From an uncultured Enterobacteriaceae bacterium (GTDB lineage Bacteria > Myxococcota_A > UBA9042), in contig CAYURO010000010.1 in assembly GCA_964447285.1 (NCBI GenBank), positions 67,729 to 131,728 on the forward strand: DNA of 64,000 nt, written 5' to 3'. Every line of letters begins with the position of its first letter. Within the stretch, counting starts at the first letter, position 1. Under the pieces are notes generated by a model. It ran no database searches, had not been told where the DNA came from, and saw nothing but the letters and a program-made list of their open reading frames with translations. Below are positions 48,144 through 57,129 of this stretch, one piece after another. The translations under genes were made by a program, and so were the position numbers.

Positions 48144-48827
48144 ATGCTCGAAATTCCCATCGTCGAGTCCGCGTACGAAGCGCTGCCGGTGTTTCCGCTG
48201 CCGAACTTCGTGATCTTCCCGAACACGATGACGCGCCTGCACATCTTCGAGCCGCGCTTTCGCCTGATGGCGACCGAAGCACTGGCGACGCACCGGCTGA
48301 TGGTGCTGGTCGGCCTCAAGCCCGGCTGGGAGGCGGACTACTACGGCTCGCCGCCGGTGCACGAGTACGGCTCGCTCTGCAAGATCGTCAACGACGAGCG
48401 TCTGGAGGACGGCCGGTACAACCTCTTCGTCCACTGTCTGGCGCGCGTGCAGATCTCGACCGTTCACCGCTTGGTGCCCTATCGCACTGCCAGCGTGACC
48501 GTTTGCGACGACCAGACCGCGGACCCGGACCGCATGGACGACGCGATGACGAGGCTGGTCAGCTGCGTGCGCGGGCTGATCGTCAAGCTGGGTGAAAACG
48601 GTGCGTTGCTGGGAACCGTGCTGTCGGCCACCCGCAAGCCCGCGATCCTGACCAACCGTCTGGCCGCCGCGCTGGCGACCGACCCGATGGACCGGCAGCG
48701 GCTGCTCGAGCTCACCGACCCGGTCGAGCGCGCGGAACGCCTGACGGACATCGCGGGCGACCTGCTGCTGCGGGTGGACCAGCCCGAAATCGACATGGAA
48801 GGCTTGGACTTCTCGATGGTGAATTGA
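48144..48827 (+). CDS. Stand-alone LON N-terminal (substrate-binding) domain protein
   Basis: LPVFPLPNFVIFPNTMTRLHIFEPRFRLM… Lon N-domain pattern. No AAA or protease domain. Confidence 0.65.
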   Translation: MLEIPIVESAYEALPVFPLPNFVIFPNTMTRLHIFEPRFRLMATEALATHRLMVLVGLKPGWEADYYGSPPVHEYGSLCKIVNDERLEDGRYNLFVHCLARVQISTVHRLVPYRTASVTVCDDQTADPDRMDDAMTRLVSCVRGLIVKLGENGALLGTVLSATRKPAILTNRLAAALATDPMDRQRLLELTDPVERAERLTDIAGDLLLRVDQPEIDMEGLDFSMVN

Positions 48828-48828
48828 G

Positions 48829-49275
48829 ATGGCTTGGTCGACCCGCACTCGGCGCGCCTTGGCACTGGTCGGCCTGTTTGGCTGTCTGGCTTTGGCATGG
48901 TGGACGTGGCAGCAGCGGCTGCGGACCGTGCCCGTGATTTGGCTGCTGACGCACGTCGAGACCAGCGAACAGGGCCGTACGCTGGGCCTGCGCCACCTGA
49001 CCGAATTCTCCTGGAACATCAGTCAGTCAGCAGACTCCCGCGAGATTGGCTGGGAGACGAGGCTGTGGTTCCAGCCCGGGCAAGCGCCAGAAGCGACGGC
49101 CCAGGTCGAGCTGCAGCTGCCCCCCGGCGTGCAGACCGTGCAAGTGACGTGTCGGTTCGCCCCGGGTCCGGGGATGCCGACCGTGCAGACGCGTGGACAG
49201 CTGCGGGTGGATGCCTCGGCCGACGACCGCGCGGTGACGGTCGACATCGACCGGTGCGGCGAGCGAATTCCCTAA
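48829..49275 (+). CDS. Hypothetical membrane-anchored protein
   Basis: ORF overlapping the upstream stop (ATG at 48829) with an N-terminal TM helix. No recognisable domain. Confidence 0.4.
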   Translation: MAWSTRTRRALALVGLFGCLALAWWTWQQRLRTVPVIWLLTHVETSEQGRTLGLRHLTEFSWNISQSADSREIGWETRLWFQPGQAPEATAQVELQLPPGVQTVQVTCRFAPGPGMPTVQTRGQLRVDASADDRAVTVDIDRCGERIP

Positions 49276-49279
49276 GACG

Positions 49280-49834
49280 TCAGCGGCCTTGTGTGGGACG
49301 GGGAGCCGCCGCCGGAGCCTCGCCCGGGTGCGACTGGACGTGCTTCTGGTACTCCGTTTCGTAGTACTTCTTCTGCTGCTCGGAAGACATTCCTTCGGCG
49401 TCGGCATAACGGCTGGGGCACTTGACCGTCAGGCTGCTCGCCTTCAACACGCCGTCCTCCAACCTGCCCTGCACGATGGCATCACGCCCTTCCTCAAACG
49501 GATCTGGCAACAGGCGCGTGTAAGCGACGGTCAGCTTGTGGCCGGCGGGGTCCTCGAGGTCAAAGCGGAAGCTCTCGCTCGCGGGCTCTCCACGCACCGA
49601 GCCCTTGGCGACGCGACCGGCGACCTTGATGTCGTGTCCCTCCGCGTCGCGACCCGCCTGAACCAGTTGTTCCAGCGAGTAGTTGTACATGCCCGCGCCG
49701 CCCGACGTGCTGGTGCCGACGACGGCCAATCCGATCACGACGATGGCCGCGAGGATGGCGAAGGGCGCCCAGGACTTACCCTTGCGCCGCGGGACCGTCG
49801 CGACTTCGGGACCGGTGGAAGGTGTCGTGGTCAT
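49280..49834 (-). CDS. ccmE: Cytochrome c maturation heme chaperone CcmE, CxxxY variant
   Basis: GGAG Shine-Dalgarno, N-terminal TM anchor, OB-fold. Heme-binding motif LTVKCPSRYAD (CxxxY in place of HxxxY, the Desulfovibrio/archaeal type). Confidence 0.7.
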   Translation of the reverse strand: MTTTPSTGPEVATVPRRKGKSWAPFAILAAIVVIGLAVVGTSTSGGAGMYNYSLEQLVQAGRDAEGHDIKVAGRVAKGSVRGEPASESFRFDLEDPAGHKLTVAYTRLLPDPFEEGRDAIVQGRLEDGVLKASSLTVKCPSRYADAEGMSSEQQKKYYETEYQKHVQSHPGEAPAAAPRPTQGR

Positions 49835-50316
49835 GGGAATCTCCGCTTCAGGGGGCCGCTCGGCCGCAGCCGATGGGACAAGCATACCGCACGTCCCCCA
49901 CCAGGGCCGCCGTCATGCCGCAAAGCACGTCTGGCAGCAAGGGATTCCGCACGTGGACGTGTCGAAGCCGCGAGTCCGGTCGTGCCTTTGCGTGAAATCG
50001 GACCCGGCGACGATGCCGCAGGATCATGCCCCAAACCGGCATGGGAAGGTACGTGCGACGGGTGTCGTCGCCATCTCGACGTCGTTTCGCCGAGCACCCG
50101 CATGTCCCCAAACGGGACCCTCGCGTCAAACTCGCGAGCGTTGGGACCGAGCAAGTGTTCGGGAATGTGTGGGATTCGATAACCGATTGACAACTTCGGC
50201 GGAGATGGCCATCGTACCACAGCGGACCGTTTCGGTCCCTTACGCTCGCTGACCGTCCGCGCCGAATCCCCCCCCACGGCAGGACGCTCCGACATCGCCA
50301 TTTCAGGATAAACGCC

Positions 50317-53300
50317 ATGTTGTCCAGTCTCTTTCAGACGCTGCTGCGCCCGAGTGCCGGGCTGGCCCTCGTGTTGGTGGTCGCCGCCGGTTGCGGTGCT
50401 GACGCCGTGGTCGGCCCCGGGACGCAACCTTCGACGGATACGACCATTGTTGAGGACCTGACTGTTGAGGACCTGACGGCCGACGGTGTGGTCGATTTGG
50501 ACGGTTTGGGAACCGACGCGACGGTGACGACGGACGTTTCGGTGACCGATGCCGAGCCGACCGACACGCAACCGATCGATGCGGCTGCCGATGCCACCGA
50601 AACCGCCGACACCGACCCAGCCGACACGTCACCCGGCGACTCCACGCAGGACGACGCCGACATCGGCACGCCAGACGCAGGATGCACGTCGGACGAGGCC
50701 TGCACGCTCGCGGTTCTTCTGGCCCCCTGTCAGGTCGCGTACTGCGGCAACGACGGCCAATGCGCGACCAAGCCCGAGACCAACGGCACGACCTGCGACG
50801 ACGGCCAACCCTGCACCTTGGACGACGTCTGCAACGCCGGCACCTGTGTAGGTCTGGACAAGATCTGCGACGACGGCAGTCCCTGCACGATGGACGCGTG
50901 CAGCATCACGACGGGCAACTGCCTGGGCCTGCCTGTCAGCGGCCAGTGCGATGACGGCAACGCGTGCAGTACCGGCGACTTCTGTCAGGACGGCAGCTGC
51001 ATCGGCAAGGCCCCCCTGCCCTGCGACGACCAAAACCCATGTACCGACGACGCGTGCGCCCCTGCGACCGGCTGCACCGCGACTGCGCGCACCGGCGAAT
51101 GCAGCACCGGCGACGCCTGCTTCAGCGGCAGCACCTGCGTGGACGGCGTCTGCGCGGGCGGCACCGCAAAGGTCTGCGACGACCAGAACGCCTGCACCGG
51201 CGACTCCTGCGATCCCAAGACGGGCGAGTGCGTGTTCGAGAAGCTCAACTTGGGAGCCTGCGACGACGGCGACGCCTGCACCGGCCCGGATGTGTGCGCT
51301 GGTGGACTGTGCGCAGGCGGCAAGATCGGATGCGACGACGGCAATCCGTGCACGGCCGACGGCTGCGACGCCAAGACCGGCTGCACCCACACAGCCGCCG
51401 CAGGCGCATGCGACGACGGCAGCGTGTGCACGACCGGCGACGCGTGTAGCGAGGGCAAGTGCACCGGGACGGCCAAGGTCTGCGACGACACCAACCCGTG
51501 CACCTCGGACACTTGCGACGCCAAGACCGGCTGCGTGGCCACCCCGAACAACGCCCCGTGCGACTTGGGGACCGTGTGCCAGACGGGACAGTGTCAGGCG
51601 GGCAAGTGCGTCAGCATCGCCGAGAAGACGTGCAACGACAGCAACCCTTGCACGACCGACACTTGCGACCCCAAGGCCGGTTGCGTCACGGCCAACGTCG
51701 CCGAAGGCACCGCTTGCGGCCAGTCTGACGCGTGCAACGCGGTGCCCACGTGCAAGGTTGGCACCTGCGCGCCGGGAGCCAAGACCGACTGCGGCGACGG
51801 CAACCCCTGCACGACCGACGCCTGTGACCCCAAGCAAGGCTGCATGTGGACCGGCAATACGCTGCCGTGCAACGACGGCAACGCCTGTACGGCAGGGGAC
51901 GCGTGCGGCGGGGGCAAGTGCAAGTCCGGCACCGTGATCGACCCCCTGACGGTGTGCGACGACCAGAATGTCTGTACGACGGAAACCTGCGACCCATCGG
52001 TCGGTTGCGTGCACACGAACACGGCAGGCGCGTGCGACGACGGGAATGCCTGCACGGTGAAGGAAGCCTGCGTGGGCGGAAAGTGCGCCGGCGGAACGAT
52101 CGAGACCTGCGACGACGGCAAGGAGTGCACGGTCGACAAGTGCGACACCAAGACCGGCGCCTGCTCGTGGTTGGGCAAGGTGGGACCGTGCGAGGACGGT
52201 AACCCTTGCACGCTGGGCGACACCTGCAAGGCCGGTGGCTGCCAGCCGGGGGCCGAAAAGCCAACCTGCGACGACAAAAACCCTTGCACGACGGACGCTT
52301 GCGACCCCGCCTCCGGCAAGTGCGCGTTCACGAATCACACCGCAAGCTGCAACGACAATGACCTGTGCACCACCGGCGACGCGTGCGCGAACGGCAAGTG
52401 CGCGGGTAAGTTGGCCGTGACCTGCGATGACGGCAACGTGTGCACCGACGATGGATGCAACCCCCTGTCCGGCAAGTGCGAATTCTTGTCGAATACCGCC
52501 AAGTGCGAGGCCGACCCGTGCACCGGAGATGACCAGTGCCAACAGGGCAAGTGCATCGCCGGAACCAAGACCGACTGCGACGACAAGAGCCCATGCACCA
52601 ACGACTCGTGCAACCCCCTGAGCGGAAAGTGCGAACACGCAGCGGTCGCCGACAACAGCCCCTGCGACGATGCTTGGGCGTGCACCGGCAAGAGCTCGTG
52701 CCAGATGGGTGTGTGCCAGCCGGCCAACGGCTGCTCGGTCTTCGCCGAGAGCTTTGCGTGTGCCGACAACGGCGCCGGCTGGACGCTGGAGAAGCCCGTG
52801 AGTCGGGCGGTCGTCTGGGGCGTGGACATGCTGCCGGTGATCCCCAGCCAGGCCACCTACCAGTGCAGCCTGAACTTCAATGACGGCAAGGACTACTGCG
52901 ACACGACCAACGGTGTGAACTGTCAGATGCCGACGGGCGCCGCGCAGTCGCCGACCATCGACCTGTCCGCTGCGCCGGGCATGCCGGTCGTGGTGTTCGA
53001 CCAATACCTCGACCTGGACACGTTCGAGTCCGCCAACGACAAGCCGCAGGTGACCGTCTGGGATGCCAAGACCAAGAGCCTGCTGTCCAGCCACACGCTG
53101 ACCTCGACCGCGCTGGAGCAGAAGAAGTGGTCCAAGGTCACGCTGACGATACCGGCGGCTGCAGGCAAGCTGATCTTCCTGCAGTTCCAGCTCGTTCAGG
53201 GCGGCTCCAGCGGCAGCACCTACAACACCGGCGCGGGGTGGTTTGTCGACGACCTGTTCGTCTCGACCAGCACCGGCGGTGAAGTGTGCGGCGACGGCGC

Positions 53301-54015
53301 GGACAACAACGGCAACGGCCTGGCAGACTGCGCCGACCCCGCGTGCAAGGGCCACCCGACCTGCCCCGAGATCTGCGACGACAAGCTGGACAACGACCAG
53401 GACGGCGCCACCGACTGCTTGGACACCAAGTGCAGCGGCACGACGTTCTGCGGCAAGGTACTGGGCTTTGACGACTTCGCCTGCGACGACGCCGCGTGGC
53501 AATCGCAGAATTCCGCGCCACCGGTCGTGTGGGCGGTCGACGGCTCGCCGGCTTCGGTCCCCCCGGTGACCGGGATGTGCACCCTGAACTACAACAACGG
53601 CGTGGACTACACATCGGCGGCAGGGGCCAACGCCGGACTCGCGACTTGGGCGCAAGTGCTCGACGCCACGGGGCTATCGCAGGTGACAGCGCAGTTCTGG
53701 GTCTATCAGCACACCGAGAACGCCGGCTTCATCGACTATGACCGCGTCTGGCTGCAAGCGTCGACCGACGACTTTCTGGGCTGCTGTGGTGCCACAACGA
53801 ACTGTGGAATTGCGCCAGTGCTGTGCAACACGGTCGGCACCCAGACGCTGCTGGTGCCCGTGGACGTGCGGGAGAAGTGGGTCAAGATCCAGCACGATCT
53901 CAGCTACTTCGCTGGAAAGAAATTCAAGCTGCGCTGGCGGTTCTCTACGGGCGACCCGCTCTACAATGCCTATCCCGGCGTGTTCGTGGACGACCTGAAG
54001 GTCTACGGCAAGTAG
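50317..54015 (+). CDS. Giant secreted lipoprotein: Myxococcus cysteine-rich repeats plus two C-terminal MAM-like domains flanking a Cys/Asp-rich putative metal-binding module
   Basis: AGGA Shine-Dalgarno, lipobox VAAGCGAD, an acidic linker, then ~15 repeats CDDGNPCTxDxCDxxTGC. Two ~180-aa domains end in the G(W/V)FVDDL(F/K)V MAM-type motif. Between them lies EVCGDGADNNGNGLADCADPACKG…DCLDTKCSG. Confidence 0.85.
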   Translation: MLSSLFQTLLRPSAGLALVLVVAAGCGADAVVGPGTQPSTDTTIVEDLTVEDLTADGVVDLDGLGTDATVTTDVSVTDAEPTDTQPIDAAADATETADTDPADTSPGDSTQDDADIGTPDAGCTSDEACTLAVLLAPCQVAYCGNDGQCATKPETNGTTCDDGQPCTLDDVCNAGTCVGLDKICDDGSPCTMDACSITTGNCLGLPVSGQCDDGNACSTGDFCQDGSCIGKAPLPCDDQNPCTDDACAPATGCTATARTGECSTGDACFSGSTCVDGVCAGGTAKVCDDQNACTGDSCDPKTGECVFEKLNLGACDDGDACTGPDVCAGGLCAGGKIGCDDGNPCTADGCDAKTGCTHTAAAGACDDGSVCTTGDACSEGKCTGTAKVCDDTNPCTSDTCDAKTGCVATPNNAPCDLGTVCQTGQCQAGKCVSIAEKTCNDSNPCTTDTCDPKAGCVTANVAEGTACGQSDACNAVPTCKVGTCAPGAKTDCGDGNPCTTDACDPKQGCMWTGNTLPCNDGNACTAGDACGGGKCKSGTVIDPLTVCDDQNVCTTETCDPSVGCVHTNTAGACDDGNACTVKEACVGGKCAGGTIETCDDGKECTVDKCDTKTGACSWLGKVGPCEDGNPCTLGDTCKAGGCQPGAEKPTCDDKNPCTTDACDPASGKCAFTNHTASCNDNDLCTTGDACANGKCAGKLAVTCDDGNVCTDDGCNPLSGKCEFLSNTAKCEADPCTGDDQCQQGKCIAGTKTDCDDKSPCTNDSCNPLSGKCEHAAVADNSPCDDAWACTGKSSCQMGVCQPANGCSVFAESFACADNGAGWTLEKPVSRAVVWGVDMLPVIPSQATYQCSLNFNDGKDYCDTTNGVNCQMPTGAAQSPTIDLSAAPGMPVVVFDQYLDLDTFESANDKPQVTVWDAKTKSLLSSHTLTSTALEQKKWSKVTLTIPAAAGKLIFLQFQLVQGGSSGSTYNTGAGWFVDDLFVSTSTGGEVCGDGADNNGNGLADCADPACKGHPTCPEICDDKLDNDQDGATDCLDTKCSGTTFCGKVLGFDDFACDDAAWQSQNSAPPVVWAVDGSPASVPPVTGMCTLNYNNGVDYTSAAGANAGLATWAQVLDATGLSQVTAQFWVYQHTENAGFIDYDRVWLQASTDDFLGCCGATTNCGIAPVLCNTVGTQTLLVPVDVREKWVKIQHDLSYFAGKKFKLRWRFSTGDPLYNAYPGVFVDDLKVYGK
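50680..52740 (+). repeat. In-frame tandem Cys-rich repeat array inside CDS 50317..54015
   Basis: The same CDDGNPCTxDxCD unit recurs about 15 times. Confidence 0.7.
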
Positions 54016-54021
54016 CGCGCG

Positions 54022-54282
54022 TCATCCGTACCGCAGCTTGAAGCCCAGAATCACCAGCGCCAGCACCAGCGTGACCGCGTTCGCCGCCGTGACGGGCGGA
54101 GCGTTCGCGAGGATGCCGTAAGCCAACCACAGGGCCACGCCCACGCTGAACATCAGGAACGTCGCCAGCGAAATGTCGGTGGTCGACCGGGTCTTCCACA
54201 CGCGCCAGACTTGCGGGACAAACGCCGCCGTGGTCAGCACGCCGGCCACGAAACCCAAGATATCCAGAGCACTTGAAGACAT
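54022..54282 (-). CDS. SemiSWEET (PQ-loop) sugar transporter
   Basis: 86 aa, 3 TM helices, PQ motif AFVPQVWRVWKT. Confidence 0.8.
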   Translation of the reverse strand: MSSSALDILGFVAGVLTTAAFVPQVWRVWKTRSTTDISLATFLMFSVGVALWLAYGILANAPPVTAANAVTLVLALVILGFKLRYG

Positions 54283-54520
54283 CTTCAGCTGTTCCTTTGG
54301 GACAACGGGCGTCCGCTGCGGAAGCGGACGTTACGGGCAGCGTGGACACGGCACAAGACAAGCCATAGGCTCGGTTGACCCAAGCAATCGGCTTGGTTGT
54401 CACGGCCCGATTCGCCCACCTAACATACGTGCGTTTCGTCGGGTTCCTCCGACTGAACTGCAGGCTCCCCCCCCCTCCCCGGCCCGCACACACGCCCAAC
54501 AGCTTGGCACGGAATCGAAC

Positions 54521-55669
54521 TTGCAGGACAGCCTTTCCTACTACCCCAGCCCCTATGATGCAGACCCACCGGATGCCGAGCAGAGCGGCCCCGGTCTGGG
54601 ATCGGTGCTGGTCGTGGACGATACCGTTGGCAACCTGCACATTCTGGCGCGCGAGCTGTCGGCGCGGGGCTATCGGGTGCGTGCAGCCCTGAACGGCCAG
54701 ACCGCTCTGTACATGATGGCGTCCGAGGTGCCGGATCTCGTCCTGCTGGACGCCCACATGCCTGGTCTGGATGGCGCGGCGGTGACGGCGCGAATGCAGG
54801 CTCTGCGTGAGTTGCGCGACATTCCGGTCCTGTTGATGCACGCCGCCGATGACCCGGAGCTGCTGGGCCTGTCATTCCGCAACGGCGCCCGCGACTACCT
54901 GACCAAACCCTTCGTGATCCCTGAGGTGCTTGGACGGGTCGCCACCCAGATGGAGTTGATTCGTCTGCGGAACCGACTGCAGGACCAGCACAAGCGGTTG
55001 TCTGGCATGTTGGTGGACCAGGTTCGGGAGCTGACGGACTCTCAAGTCGCCACCATCATTGCGCTATCCAAGCTGTCCGAGAGCCGCGACCGCGGCAGCG
55101 CGCCGCACATCGACCGCGTACGCGCCCTCTCGGAAGTGCTGGCGTGGAAGGTCGCGATACCGCCAGCCGTGCGCGAGACCCCCACGGAATTTGCTGAGTT
55201 GATCCGGATGGCGTCCACGCTGCACGACATCGGCAAGGTCAGCATTCCGGACGCCATCCTGACCAAGCCGGGACCCCTGGACCCCGAAGAGTTGGAGGTT
55301 GCGAGAGCGCATACGACGTTTGGCTACGATACCCTGCAGACGGTGCTGCGCAGCTATCCGAGCAACGCGATGCTGAGGGTTGGCGCGCAGATAGCGCGGT
55401 CGCACCACGAGCACTGGGACGGCAGTGGCTATCCGGACGGCTTGGTGGGCGCCGTGACACCGCTTCCCGCGCGCATCGTCGCGCTGGTCCACGCCTACGA
55501 CGTCGCAAGGTCGCGGCGCGCCTACAAGGAGCCCTTGCCCCACGCTGCGGCGGCCGCCACTATCCTCGACGGGCGGGGGACGCTGTTCGACCCCGATCTG
55601 GTGGACGCTTTCTCCAGCCTGATGGAAGAGTTTGATCGGACCTGGACCACTGGGGGAGCCGAGGAATGA
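54521..55669 (+). CDS. Response regulator with HD-GYP domain (second copy)
   Basis: REC domain (VLVVDD…LLDAHMPGLDG) plus HD-GYP (HDIGKVSIP…HHEHWDGSGYP). There is no in-frame ATG upstream of the REC domain; I provisionally start at the TTG at 54521, so the start is uncertain. Confidence 0.7.
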   Translation: MQDSLSYYPSPYDADPPDAEQSGPGLGSVLVVDDTVGNLHILARELSARGYRVRAALNGQTALYMMASEVPDLVLLDAHMPGLDGAAVTARMQALRELRDIPVLLMHAADDPELLGLSFRNGARDYLTKPFVIPEVLGRVATQMELIRLRNRLQDQHKRLSGMLVDQVRELTDSQVATIIALSKLSESRDRGSAPHIDRVRALSEVLAWKVAIPPAVRETPTEFAELIRMASTLHDIGKVSIPDAILTKPGPLDPEELEVARAHTTFGYDTLQTVLRSYPSNAMLRVGAQIARSHHEHWDGSGYPDGLVGAVTPLPARIVALVHAYDVARSRRAYKEPLPHAAAAATILDGRGTLFDPDLVDAFSSLMEEFDRTWTTGGAEE

Positions 55670-56469
55670 CGACGGACAGGTTCGAGAAACCCGTCTTCGC
55701 ACCTGCGTCGACCTCAGAGCAACGGGCTGCCGCTGCTGCGCGACCCGAACCGACCGGTTCGGATTTTGCCGGGGCCGTGACGGTCGTTGATCAGCATGGA
55801 CGCTACGTCTTCGCCAACCGCCCCGCTGCCGCGATGGTTGGCCGCACACCCGAGCAGCTGTTGCGGTCCTTTGCTTACGAAGTGGACGCGCGGTTTGCCA
55901 ACGCAGCGGAGTGGGATACCTACTTTGCCTGGGTCCGCCAGCAACCCGACCGGCACTTCGTTGCGTGGGAGGGGCACGGCCGTCACGCTCAGGCGCCCAT
56001 GGAGGCCACGGCTTCCTTCCTGAATTCCGGACCAGGCTACGTCTTGACGGTCGCGCGACGCCGCCGGGCACCAGGGGAAAACACAAACGCTTCGGGGGCT
56101 TACGACCGCGTACCCGACGTGCGGGTTTCCATTCAGCGCAGCTCTGAGGGGCGCGTCGCATCCGGCCTGCACCTGGCAACGCTGGGTCTCGCGCAGGAAG
56201 GCAAACCAGAGTCAGGGGCTTGGACGCCGTTTCGCCAAATGCCGGCCTTTCAGGACCTCATGCGCGAAGCACTTCAGGGCAGCCCGCAGTACCGCGAGGT
56301 GCGGGTTGAGGGGCGCCTGTATCAGGTCACCGCCGGCGCAACGCCCGACCGGTCGGGCGTCTGGTGCGTTGCGCTGCCGAGCCCCGAAGACGAAGAGTCG
56401 AAGTCGGCCCCAGAGCGCCCCAAGCGGTTCAAGCAAACCCAACTGCTGTACGCCAAGAAACCAACCTGA
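55666..56469 (+). CDS. Hypothetical PAS-like domain protein
   Basis: ATGA overlap with the upstream gene. …VTVVDQHGRYVFANRPAAAMVGRTPEQL… resembles a PAS fold. Confidence 0.45.
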   Translation: MTTDRFEKPVFAPASTSEQRAAAAARPEPTGSDFAGAVTVVDQHGRYVFANRPAAAMVGRTPEQLLRSFAYEVDARFANAAEWDTYFAWVRQQPDRHFVAWEGHGRHAQAPMEATASFLNSGPGYVLTVARRRRAPGENTNASGAYDRVPDVRVSIQRSSEGRVASGLHLATLGLAQEGKPESGAWTPFRQMPAFQDLMREALQGSPQYREVRVEGRLYQVTAGATPDRSGVWCVALPSPEDEESKSAPERPKRFKQTQLLYAKKPT

Positions 56470-56484
56470 CCCTAGAGGGCGGCC

Positions 56485-57129
56485 ATGATTCGCGTGCTGG
56501 TGGCCGACGACCATGAGGTCATGCGAGAGGGGCTGAAGCTCCTGCTCGCCCGCGACGCAGGCGTCACCGTGGTGGGGGAAGCCCGCGACGGAGACTCGGC
56601 GGTAGCGGTCGCGCTGAAGTGCCGCCCCGACGTCGTGCTGATGGACGTGTCGATGCCCGCTGTAGACGGCATTGCGGCAACTCGGGCGCTGGTTGAGGCC
56701 CTTCCCAGCGTCAAGGTCATCGGCCTGTCGATGCACGCGGACCAGACCCACGTGACCGAGATGCTGCGCGCCGGCGCGGTCGCCTACATCCTGAAAGAAA
56801 GCGCTTTTCTGGAGGTATCGACCGCCATCTACACCGTCTGTGCGGGTCAACACTACTTGAGCCCGACACTTGCGTCGGTCGTGGTTGGCGCGCTGCGGAA
56901 CCCCGGAACCGCGGCCGACGCGACCCACTGCCTGACGCCCCGAGAACGCGAGATCCTGCGCTGCATCGCATTGGGCATGAACACGAAGTCCATCGCGCTG
57001 TCGCTGGGCCTGTCGGGCAAGACCGTCGACGGACACCGGCGCAACCTGATGGAAAAGTTGGGGTTGCACTCGGTGGCAGAGCTTACCCGGCTCGCGGTCC
57101 GCCAGGGTCTCGTGTCTTCGGCCGACTGA
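56485..57129 (+). CDS. NarL/FixJ-family response regulator
   Basis: GAGG Shine-Dalgarno. REC domain (VLVADDH…VLMDVSMPAVDG) and LuxR HTH (LTPREREILRCIALGMNTKSIALSLGLSGKTVDGHRRNLMEKLG). Confidence 0.85.
   Translation: MIRVLVADDHEVMREGLKLLLARDAGVTVVGEARDGDSAVAVALKCRPDVVLMDVSMPAVDGIAATRALVEALPSVKVIGLSMHADQTHVTEMLRAGAVAYILKESAFLEVSTAIYTVCAGQHYLSPTLASVVVGALRNPGTAADATHCLTPREREILRCIALGMNTKSIALSLGLSGKTVDGHRRNLMEKLGLHSVAELTRLAVRQGLVSSAD

Noticed and set aside
50629-53655. 1008-aa minus-strand ORF antisense to Cys-rich lipoprotein C; similarly 41969..43822 antisense to the GltJ-like gene and 9620..10492 / 8973..9623 antisense to lipoprotein A
   Set aside because: The same high-GC antisense artefact. 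The sense strands carry signal peptides and recognisable domains.
54480-54520. Possible sigma-54 promoter (TGGCAC…TTGCA) upstream of the second HD-GYP regulator
   Set aside because: The spacing between the GG and GC elements is 10 nt and not the required ~5 nt. It does not fit the -24/-12 consensus.
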